Below are positions 12,229 through 22,891 of a stretch of 64,000 nucleotides of DNA, piece by piece. Under the pieces are notes generated by a model, which saw only the letters and a program-made list of their open reading frames with translations, ran no database searches and had not been told where the DNA came from. Source of the stretch: Mobula birostris (lineage: Eukaryota); contig NC_092398.1 of assembly GCF_030028105.1 (NCBI RefSeq), positions 25,001,649 through 25,065,648 of the forward strand. The letters are read 5' to 3'. Made by a program: the position numbers and the translations under genes. Within the stretch, counting starts at the first letter, position 1. Every line of letters starts with the position of its first letter.

Positions 12229-13419
12229 CAGGGGTCCCCAATCTATTTTGCACTACGGAGCGGTTTAATATTGACAATAATCTTGCGGACCGGCCGACCG
12301 GGTCGGGGGTGGGTAGGGTTGCCAACATACAAGAGCAGCAGTCAAATACGTTGTGTTCACCCGGAGAAAGATTTCAATAACCATGAAGCCTCGTGCGAGC
12401 ACCAGTGCGCATGCACTTACGTGCAGATGTTTTTTTCCCTACAAATTCCTTTTGGCGATTCTGTTCGGGGCATTTGGGGTTTGTTAACCACGACCGGAAT
12501 ATCGGTAATAACTGCCTAATACACTCAGCTTTCTTTCTAAAAGGGTTTATCTAACGGACTTAATATTAAACACACTGCGCATATTTTCCTCACATGAATA
12601 TAGTGATAAGTCATTTATCAGAGAAGGACAGGGGAGCGTGAAGTAAGTGTTGAACGAACTTCCAGTAGAAGTGGTAGAGGCAGGTTCGATATTATCATTT
12701 AAAGAAAAACTGGAAGGGTGTATGGGTTGGAAAGGGATTGCGGGTTGTGGGCTGAGTGGAGATCGGTGGACTAGGTGAGAGTAGCGTTCAGAGCGGGCTA
12801 GACGGGCAGAAATGGCCTGTTTCCATGCTGTAATTGTTATATGGTTATATAAGTCAACAGCATCATAACATTTTAAGTAACGTTTGGATATTAAACACAC
12901 AGCACATATTTTTCCCGTATAAACATATAAAATCATTGCAACACACCGATATCGCTGAATCAGTGGGAGCCTTGGACTTGATTCCCTGCAAGGAGACGGT
13001 CCTGTCGAGGGGTGATGGGAGACAGCGATACTCGAAGGGGTTTCCTTATGTCCAGTATATTCCGCAATTTAGTTTTCATTGCATTGATTGCAGAAAAGCC
13101 CGCCATCGCAGAGATACTTTGGAAATGGAAGCAGTGTTTTCAGTGCTTTCGTGGCTACCTCAGGATATTTAGCCTTGGCTTTGATCCAGAATGCCGGCAG
13201 AGATGTTATGTCAAACATACTTTATAGTCCGTCGTCATTTGCAAGCTCGGGGAGTTGATCTCCTTCCCGCCATGACACAGACGATGCACGGTTAATGACC
13301 TCGCGTGCGTAATGGCTCAACAGTGCGTGACAGGGAATGAGGAAAGGTTTCCTCGCGGCCCGGTAGCACATGCTTTGCGGCCAGGTATCGGTCCGCGGCC
13401 CGGTGGTTGGGGACCGCTG
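12229..13419 (-). mobile_element. Second, inverted member of the same non-autonomous hAT family (same captured CR1 tail)
   Basis: CAGGGGTCCCCAA at 12229, preceded by the Charlie-like target ctctagag. The internal sequence is the reverse-complement homolog of 7694-8851. Confidence 0.8.
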
Positions 13420-13451
13420 GCCAAAATAAAATTCTAGCGAGTGGAGGGGAA

Positions 13452-13694
13452 TCTGCACGTAAACGCATGTGCACTGGTGCCCGCGCAAGGCTTCATGGAC
13501 ATTGAAGTCTTTCTCGGGGTAAACTCAACGTATTTGAGTGCTATTCTTGTCCGTTGGCAACCCTACTCCCCACAACCACCCGCGCCCCACCCACTCCCCA
13601 CCCCCCCCCCCCCCCGCCGCCCTCGGCCGGTCCGCAAGAATATTGTCAATATTAAACCGGTCCACAGTGCAAAAAAAATGTTTGGGGACCCCTG
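13452..13694 (+). mobile_element. Terminal fragment of a third copy of the same hAT family (unit-2 equivalent ~40488-40722)
   Basis: Homologous to ~8680-8851 and ends TTTGGGGACCCCTG. Confidence 0.7.
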
Positions 13695-15820
13695 CATTCA
13701 TCCCTACTCTTTCTTTCCTCTCTGTCAACCAATTTTCTATCCCTGTCAGTACCCTACCCCCAATAACATTTGCTCTAATTTTGCACACTAACCTCGAAGT
13801 GGCTTTCTGAAAGTCCAGGTACAGTACATCCACTGGCTTTCCCATATCCATTTTTAAAGTTACATTCTCAAAAAAAATCCAGAAGATTAGTCAAGCATCA
13901 TTTCCCTTTCGTAAATCCATGCTGACTCGGACCTATCCTGCCACTGCTATCCAAATATTCCACTTTTACATCTTTTATACTTAATTCCAGTATCTTCCCC
14001 ACCACTGATGTCAGACTAACTGGTCTATAATTGCCTGTTTTCTCTCTCCCTCCTTTCTTAAAAAGTGGGATAACATTAGCTACCCTCCAATCCTTAGGGG
14101 ATGATCCTGAATCTATAGAACATTGGAAAATAATTACCAATGCGTCCAATGTAAAATTAAGTTGCAATGTAAATTGAAAAGCGTGAATACAGGACTGAAG
14201 GTGTCATATCTGAAAGCATGCAGTACACTAGAATAAGGTCGATGAAGTTGTAGCACAGTTAGAGATCGGCAGGTATGATGTTGTAAACATCACGGAATCA
14301 TGGCTGAAAGAAGATCATACCTGGGAGATTAATGTCCAACTGTACACATTGTATAGACAGGACAGGCAGAAAGCCAGAGGAGCCAGTATTCTTCTGTTGG
14401 TAAAAAATGTAATTTAATCATTAGAAATGGTTGACATAGGGTCGGCAGGTGTTGAATCATTGTGGATAGAGCTTAGAAACTGCAAGGGGTATAAAGAGCC
14501 TGATAGGAGTTTTATACAGAAACCCCCAAAAGGATCAAACGGGGTATAGAAAATGCATTCCAAAAGGGTAACCTTACAATAGTCATGGGGGATTATAATA
14601 CGTAGGTAGATTGGGTTGCTGAGGGATTCCAAGGGGGAAATTCCAGAATGCCTATGGGATGGTTTTTTCAGAGCTGCTCGTGGTTGAGCCACGAAAGGAG
14701 AATCTATGGATGTTGTGTACTTGGGTTTTCAGAAGGCCATTGACAAGGTGCCACACGTGAGGCTGCTTGGTAAGCTACGAGCTCATGGTATTACAGGAAA
14801 GATTCTAGCATGGATAAAGCAGTGGCTGACTGGCAGGAGGCAAAGACTAGGAATAAAGGGGGCTTTTCTGGTGGCTGCCGGTAACTACTGGTGTTCCACG
14901 GGGTCTGTGATAGGACCGATTCTTCTTACATTATATGTTAATGATTTGGATGATGGATTTAATAGCTTTGTTGCAACATTGCAGACGATACGCAGATAGG
15001 TGGAGGGGCAGATAGTTTTGCAGAAATATAGAGGCTACAGAAGTACTTAGACATATTAGGAGAATGGACAAAGAGGTGTCAGGTGGAATACAGTGTCGGG
15101 AAGTGTTTGGTCATATACTTCGATAGAAGAAGTGAAAGGGTTGACTCTTTTCCAAGTGCAGAGAAAATACAAAATCTGAGGCACAAAGGGACTTCGGAGT
15201 CCTTGTGCAGGATTCTCTGAAGCTCAATTTGCAGGTTGAGACTGTGGTGAGGAAGTCAAATGCAATATTAGAATTAATTTCAAGAGGACTAGAATATAAA
15301 AGCAAGGATGTAATATTGAGACTTTATAAGGCACTGGTAAGGCTTCACTTTGCGGTGAATCGGTGGATTTCGTTGCCACAGGCGGCTGCGGAGGCCAAGT
15401 CTTTATATATATCTAAGGCAAAGGTTGAAAGTTTCTTGATTGGTCAGGGCATGAAGGGATACGGGGAGAAGGTAGGAGATTGGGACTGAGAGGATAAACA
15501 CATCAGTCATGATAAAATGCCAGGGCAGACTCAACGGGTCAAATGGCCTAATTGTGCTCCTATATTTAGTGGTTTTGTCGTCAATGATTTGCAGAGTGTT
15601 GATGCACTCGAACTGTACCATCGGCTTCAGAGGACGATGGAGTCAGGCGTTTATCGATGGCCTATGCCCAAGTGAGTATGTAAGGTGAGTGAGTAAGGGT
15701 GTCAAAGGTGACAGGGAGAAAGTAGGAAAATCGATTTGATGGGGGCATTAAATCAACCATGATGGGGTGATGGAGCAGGCTCGATGGACTGAATGGCCTA
15801 AACCTGCTCCTCGGTCTTAT
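13695..15820. mobile_element. Cluster of old CR1 fragments in both orientations (unit-2 equivalent ~40723-42850)
   Basis: Minus strand DWRVANVIPLFKKG..NYRPVSLTS (13898-14167). Plus strand endonuclease and RT pieces (14706, 15205). Confidence 0.8.
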
Positions 15821-16058
15821 TCTCACTGAGCAAAAACAGCCTCGTCCCTTCCTTCAGTTTTTTTGGAACCCAACCTTGTTATTCTATTTTTTTCACTTCT
15901 GAGTTGTTTTGAACATTTATACTAATCTTTTTATGTCTTTGCTCCGACCTTCACGTCACAGAAGTCAGTGATGATAAATCTGATTTGAGAATAGTGCAGA
16001 GACGGTTTCCCAGTTTAACCCACATTGATGAATCTCTGTAAGCCTCTCAGCCACTTGC

Positions 16059-16172
16059 CCTTTGACGTGCAGCAGTACAAGATTCCAGTCACCACCATTG
16101 CGCACAGCCCGAGTATCCCCAGGACAGCTCCAACAATCATCAAAGCTTCATTCTCAACCAGTGCGTTGTGTT
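16059..16172 (-). other. Putative transmembrane exon of the MHC-like gene (connecting peptide + TM + start of the tail)
   Basis: Acceptor tttctcctcag|AA. The exon is 114 nt, phase 1-1, and reads (E)HNALVENEALMIVGAVLGILGLCAMVVTGILYCCTSK. The donor is G|gcaagt (GC type); read-through would give GKWLRGLQRFINVG* ending at 16015. It is phase-compatible with the C1 exon donor upstream on the same strand. Confidence 0.7.
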
Positions 16173-16219
16173 CTGAGGAGAAAACGTTGGAGGTTCTGTC
16201 GTTGTGTTAAGTCATGTTT

Positions 16220-16830
16220 CATATCATATCATTAAGTTCAAGATTAATTTATTATCAGAGTACTTACGTATATGTCAACCTATGCAACTCTGAGGTTCAT
16301 TTTCCTGTTGGCATACTGGGCAAGTCTATAGAGTAGTAACTAGAACGGGATCAATGAACGATCAACTTGACTGCAGAAGACAACAAACTGTGCCACTGTG
16401 CTGTGCAATAAATAAATAGCATCAAATAACCAGAAACTGCGATAAAGAGTCCTTAAAGAGAGATCATTGGTTGTAGGAGCATCTTAATGGATGGACAAGT
16501 GAGTGTAATCAAGAGCCCGATGGCTGAGGGGTCGTAACTGATTCTGAAACTGGTGGTGTGAGCCGAGGCTCCTGTACCTTCCACTTGATGGCGGCAGCGA
16601 GAGAAGTGTATGGCCTGGGTGGTGGGGATCTCTGACAAAGAATACTGCTTTCTTACAATGTTGTTTCATGTAGATGTGATCAATGGTTGGGAGGGCTTCA
16701 CCCGTGATGTACTGTACCAAATCCACTATCTTTTGTAGGATTTTCCACTCAAAGGCATTGGTGTTTCCATACCAGTCTGTAATGCAGCCAGTCAATTCAC
16801 ATCTAGAAAAGTTTGTCAACGTTTCAGTGT
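16220..16830 (-). mobile_element. Rex1/Babar LINE 3' fragment (unit-2 equivalent ~43250-43860)
   Basis: GCITDWYGN..LQKIV..LPSSGRYRSL..TTNFRISYDPSAIGLL resembles the Rex/Babar ORF C-terminus. Confidence 0.7.
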
Positions 16831-17066
16831 CAGGTCAAATCTCCAGTGACTTCTAAGGAAGTAGGGACAAGTCTACTTCCTTAAGAGGTGACTTGTTGTG
16901 AGCATCTCCCATGCGAATCATCAAATATTCCCATTGTTCAGGACTACAACAGCTGAAATGCGTGGTCACGGCTATGGATACTTCAGTAAATAACACATTT
17001 CACAACGTATCCCAAAGATACTAAACCTGATTCTGTTTTGTAAAGGCATGTTCAATGTACGAGGAG

Positions 17067-20000
17067 CAGGGGCAGCGCTAAGGTGGTGCTCGCTGGGGCT
17101 ATAGCATCAGCAGAAATTGCAATAGCTCCACCATAGCACCACCAAGAAATTAACTGCAGCTGCTTTGCTTTCTCTGTATAGTTTTTAAAACAGCTTGTTT
17201 CCCCAGTTGATCTAATGAAACAGCACCCCCAATTACCGTAGCAACCACGCAGCAATATAGTTATAAACTCTCTCAGATCCACTCTACACTTCTGCTTATT
17301 CGTTCGTTGTCAATGTCTTGCAGTTGCGTTCCTCAGATCAGTTAAGCTGATCTAAGGTCACTTAAGGTGGTGACGTCACTCACTCTCCCTCACGCGAGAG
17401 ATTGATAGTATACATCCAGGCGCAGATCCGTTGTCTCGCGAGACTAACAGATGCCACACGCGCACACTGTGCTTTTACAAGCGAGCGTGGGCCTGGCACG
17501 TGCATTATTTTGGCCGGCGTGAAAAATTGATCGACTTTTAATCAGAAAACGACCTCATCCAGAGGAATCAGTGGTGTCTCTGCCTGAGCATGTCTTAATT
17601 GAAAGTGACATGCAGAAAGAAGTAAGTGGGGATAAGGACGACAGCAGCTCATCGAAGGAGTCTGTGGGCGAGGTAGAGGAACAAGAAATGGAGCGGGATT
17701 CGGAAGAGAACGTGGATGAAGCTGCTCTTAGTGTGAGTGGAAATACTGTTAGCGGTGATAGCCAGCAGCCTGAGGAAGGACCCCGTCGGCCAGCATTGAA
17801 AAAGTACCCTTCGCACAGTTTGGCAATCACAAAGGAGTATTCGTAGCTGGTTTGACCTGTACTCCTTGCTGGAAAATTCAATCACAAAAGATGTTACATT
17901 CTGCTTCGCCTGCAGACATTTCCTGTGTGGAGGACCTGGGTTTTATTCTGAGTCTACCTTCACTGTCACAGATTACCGCAACTGGCGGAAAGCTACAACA
18001 GCTTTCAAAACCCACCACCTAAGTGCAGCTCATAAGTTGGTTATGGAGGCATGGGGCGAATTCAGATTGAGAAAACAAGACGGTTCAAGATTGGGAAATA
18101 TGCTTGATAAAAGACATGCAAATATTGTCCAAGGAAGTCGTGAGTATATGTGAGCAGTGGTTGAGTCTCTACGCTATACTGCGTGCCAAGGCATTGCCCA
18201 GCGAGGATACCTGGAGAAGGATAGATCTGGCAATACGGGAAACTTTGTCGAGTTGTTCAGTGTAATTGGGAAGTTTGATAAGACTGTAGCTAAAAAGAAG
18301 AATAGAGGACAATCCTGGAAATGCAAAAAACACAAATCGCCATATCCAAAATGAAATTAGGAGTATTATGGCAGATATGGTCGGACGTCAAATAAGTGCA
18401 GAAATCAAGGAGGCGGGATATTTTGCCAGCATGGTGGATGAAAGTAAGGACTTGAGTATAAAGGAGCAAATATCAGTGGTGCTGCGGTATTTGAATAAAG
18501 AAACAGTGCTTGAAGAATTCTTGCACTTCTCTCCAGCAGAAGGGTTGGACGCAGAGTCGCTTCTTAAAAGCATTGAACAGACGCTCGCCTTGTGCGTTAT
18601 TGATAAGAACGCGTGTATAGGTCAGTGTTATGACGGGGCGGCAGTGATGTCCGGGTGCAATAACGGGGTACAAGAGAGGCATTATATATACACTGCCATG
18701 CTCACAGACTTAACCTTGTTTTAGTGGATGCTGTGAGCAATGTACCAGAAGCGGGTGAGTTTTTTGAAACTGTGCAACTGCTTTGCAACTTCTTTTCAAA
18801 CTCTGTTCCCCACGATCTTTTCATGAAGAAACAGAGAGAATTTGAATCAACTGCACAGCCCGTGGAGTTGAAGAAATTGCCAGATACACACTGGGCATGG
18901 CGGTATACAGCTTTGTGGGCTATAAGGAAATCACTCTCCGCCATTCTAGCTACACTACAGGATATTATGGTTCACCAAATGCACCGAAGAAAACGGAGGC
19001 CAGAGCTTTAAATGGACTGATTGACGCGCAGTTTGCTTTACTTCTCTCTCTGTTTGAGGATTTACTCCGAGTCACTAAGTTCATGTCAGACCAACTACAA
19101 TCTCCCAGTTTGGAGCTTTCATCCTCTGTGGACTTGGCTCAGTCTGTTATCGATGCACTCTCAGCAAAGCGGGGAGAGGAATCATGGAGTGAAATTCAGA
19201 CAAGAGCTAGGGACCTGTGCGTCAAGGTCGGTATACAGAGCAGAGCACATGAAAGGAGACGGGCCCAGCCACCCCGCCGCCTACATCATTTTGTTGTTGA
19301 GGGTCAAACTGAACGCACACCTGTCACATCCCATGATGACCTTCGCAGCCACAGTTTCTATCCAGTTATAGACAGACTTCTGACTGAAATGGAAAGACGG
19401 TTCTCAATTGAGACTGGGGGTGTTCTGACTGGACTCTTGGCATTGACTCCTAAACACAAGTTCTTCCTAGACAAGAATTGTCTTTGGCCAATGGCCCAAT
19501 ACTATGGAGTGACTGAAGTGAACCTGACTGCAGAGCTACATCAGGTTCGACGTCTGCTGGAAACAAAACAAAAGGAAGGACAGACAATGAATGACACAGT
19601 GGAATTTCTAGCTCTAATGAGACCCGACGGCGATGCATTTATAGATTTATACAAACTAATCTGCATATCACTGACTCTGCCTGTTACATCTGCCTCATGC
19701 GAACGGAGTTTATTTTGCGTCAGACGCGTCGAAAACTACTTAAGGAGCAGCAGCGGCGATGCTCGGAACAGCAACTTGGCTCTGTTGGCAATAAACAGCC
19801 GGAGGACCAAAGCACTTGACATCCAGAAAATCATTGATGCTTTCGCCACCAATCACAACAACAGACGGATTTTGCTTGTCTGAAAATATTAATGGTGAGT
19901 GCAGTTGATTTTTTCAAAATTTGGGCCATGACTAATGCTGATTATTATTATTATTTTGTGGTGGATACCCCAAAGTCCTTATCTTTCCTGCAGATCCTAA

Positions 20001-20603
20001 AATATTACATTCACTACTATTAAGCCTACTTGTTTTTCCTAGACTTCCAAACGGTGATTCTGTTGATTTGTGTTTTAAATGCAGTAGCCGAGCTAATTGA
20101 GGTGTTGCATGGTCAGAGTACGATTTGTCCAACGCCTAGTAAAGCCTTGCATCTGTTGTTTGCCTTATTTGACTTTAATAACGGTGTATCGTTTGGCATT
20201 GCTGTCTATGTAATGCGATTAGCAGTGGGTTCGTTTTGTCTTTTTCAGTTGAAAATCACGCATTAGACACTGATTGCGGGATTGGTGCGTGATTCACGTT
20301 GTCCGCTGTTGCTCGGATACTGTTTGTTTTCTTTCGTTGTTTATGCTCCGTGTAGCCCAGGTTGTCCTCGATGCCATGTGACACTGGAACAGTTCACTTC
20401 TATATTAGATCTATCAATTGCTTTTGCTTGTGAATCAATAGAGGCATTTACAGTAGGCACATAATGCTTGAAACTGACTTTTTAACGCCACGCGTCTGGC
20501 CTTGCGAATACATATTACCATACAGTGCATCCCTCAGCACCTTTACTGAATCATTCAGCCCCTACGCAGCACCAGCAAGAAAAATTCTCTTGCGCCGTCA
20601 CTG
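17067..20603 (+). mobile_element. hAT DNA transposon, ZMYM1/TTF-zinc-finger type, decayed
   Basis: 8-bp TSD ACGAGGAG at 17059-17066 and 20604-20611. Imperfect TIRs CAGGGGCAGCGC / CAGTGACGGCGC. Transposase fragments lie inside. Confidence 0.92.
17571..19883 (+). pseudogene. hAT transposase, broken by stops and frameshifts
   Basis: FCFACRHF..YRNWRKA (TTF Zn finger), DESKD, GQCYDGAAVMSG, YIHCHAHRLNL (shifted frame) and LPVTSASCERS (dimerization domain) occur across several frames. Confidence 0.9.
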
Positions 20604-20719
20604 ACGAGGAGCATTTGATGGGTCTGGGCCTGTACTCACTGTAGTTTTGAAGAATGAACGGAGATCCTATGAAATATTAGAAGTCCTAGATAGAGTGGAT
20701 AAGGAGAGGATGTTTCCTA

Positions 20720-21886
20720 TACCTGGGCCTTAGCACTCAGATCTGCAGCTGGATTTTCAACTTCCTCACAGACAGAACCCAGGCTGTAAAAATAGAGGAC
20801 AAGCTCTCCTCTACAACCACTCTGAGCACCGGTGCCCCACAAGGCTGTGTACTCAGCACCCTGCTGTACTCACTCTACACCCATGATTGCGTAGCCAAGT
20901 TTCCATCAAACTCAATAGATAAGTTTGCTGATGACACAACAATTGTAGGCCGTATCTCGGGTAATGATGAGCTTGAATACAGAGAGGAAATTAACAACCT
21001 GGTGGCATGGTGCGAAGGCAATAACCTATCCCTCTACGTCAGTAGGACGAAAGAATTGGTTGTTGAATTCGGAAGGAGTAGCGGACCGCCCGACCCAATG
21101 TCCATCCATGGTGCGAAAGTGGAACAGGTCAAAAACTTTAAGCTCCTCGGGGTCAATATCACAAATAACCTGACTTGGTCCAACCAAGCAGAGTTCACTG
21201 CCAGGAAGGCCCACCAGCGCCTGTACTTCCTGAGAAAACTAAAGAAATTTGACCTGTCTCCTAAAACCCTCACTAATTTTTATAGATGCACCGTAGAAAG
21301 CATTCTTCTCGGGTACATCAGAACCCGGTAGGGAAGTTGTCCTGTCCAAGACCGAAAGAAGCTGCAGGAGATCGTGAACACGCCGCAGCGCATCACTCAA
21401 ACCAATCTTCCATCCTTGGACTCACTTTACACCGCACGCTGTCGGAGCAGTACTGCCAGGGTAACAAAGGACACGACCCACCCAGCCAACATACATTTTT
21501 CGTCCTTCTTCCTTCCGGGAGAAGGCTCAGGAGCTTGAAGACTCGTACGCCCAGATTTGCGAACAGCTTCTTTCCAACTGTGATAAGACTGCTGAACAGA
21601 TCCTGACCCGGATCTGGGCCGTACCCTCCAAATATCCGGACCTGCTTCTCGGTTTTTTTTGCACAACCTTACTTGCCATTTTTCTATTTTCTATTTACGA
21701 TTTATAATTTAAATTTTTAATATTTACTCATTTTAACTAGATTTACTATTTTAAATATTGAATATTTTTGATCCAGGGAGTGTGAAGCGCAGAATCAAAT
21801 ATCGCTGTGATGATTTTACGTTCTAGTATCAATTGTTTGGAGACAATAAAGTATAAAGTATAAGTATAAGCAGAAGTGTAAGTATA
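20720..21886 (+). mobile_element. 5'-truncated Rex1/Babar LINE with an (aagtat)n tail, inserted into a CR1 fragment
   Basis: [43 protein letters not shown]. The flanks rejoin as CR1 RMFP-(G)ESRTR. Confidence 0.85.
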
Positions 21887-22611
21887 GGAGGGGAGTCCAG
21901 GACAAGAGAGCACTGCCTTGTCATAGAAAGATGTCCATTTAAAACAGAGATGAGGAGGAATTTCTTTAGCCGGAGGGTGGTGAATGTGCAGAATTTGTTG
22001 AGTTCTGTTCATTTGGGCTATGTAATTATTTAAGACGCATGCGTACTCTCCCAGTTATACGCGTGCACGCGGAAGGAAAAAGAGGAACTGTGGGATGTAA
22101 AGGTGGCAGCCCTTGGGTATTGAACGGAGACATTCAAAGTAAAGTGGTTTAAACAAAAGGAAAATGTGTCTTTGCTGTTTGGCCGTTATCAGTGGTAGCG
22201 GAGGACGGTTACGATCTATCGACCTCTGGGATATGGGCCCTGCGCACTACTGAGCATGTTTGAAGCAGAGGTCGATAGGTTTCTGATTGGAAAGAACATC
22301 AAAGGTTAAGGGGAGAAGTCAGGAGACTGGGGTTAAGAGAGACAATGAATCTGTCACGATTGAATCCCAGAGTAGACTTGATGAGCCAAATGGCCCAATT
22401 CTGCTCCTAGGGTCTATGGTTTTATGGTATATAAGCTGTCTGACTTGATTCTCACAATTGACAGCAGAGAGGATGAGAGAGGTCTTGAGCAGTTGGGTCT
22501 TGCTTCTGGACAGAAACGGGCCACGATGGATTCTGTGTCAAATTGACATCAGTGAGAATACGGTGGTGTTGACGGGGTCAGGCGACATTTCTCCAACTTG
22601 CCCGTTCTTAC

Positions 22612-22891
22612 CTAGAGGTATCATGAGCTTCCCACTGACAGCCTCGTGTTCCATCTGACAGACGTACCCGTGACTGTCTCCATCTAGGGGGCGGACACTC
22701 CTAACTTGAAAGGTTCCATTGCTTTGAGGGACAACGTTGGTCGTGTCTGATCCATTGTCAGTGACTTCCCCGTTTCTGACACAGTGAACTTTAATGTCCC
22801 GGGGAAGAAGTTCTTGGCCGTGCACACCGGATATATTTAGCCCCGTTTCTTCTGAGTCAAGGCTCTGGTATGGGTAGGAGCTGTGAAGGAA
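22612..22891 (-). pseudogene. Ig C1-set exon of an MHC-like gene (class I alpha3 / class II-type membrane-proximal domain), disabled
   Basis: Acceptor ttctccag| at 22891 and phase-1 donor CTA G|gtaag at 22612. The exon is 280 nt; restoring two 1-nt deletions gives 282 nt. It reads VPSQLLPIP..KRG*IYPVCTAKNFFP/RDIKVHCVRNG...TTNVVPQSNGTFQVRSV...YVCQMEHEAVSGKLMIPL, i.e. C..F(Y)P..I.V.W.RNG..NGTFQ..Y.C..EH. Confidence 0.8.

Noticed and set aside
7694-13419. Composite transposon formed by the two inverted hAT copies around the CR1
   Set aside because: The outer flanks (tctcagac vs gccaaaat) do not form an 8-bp TSD.
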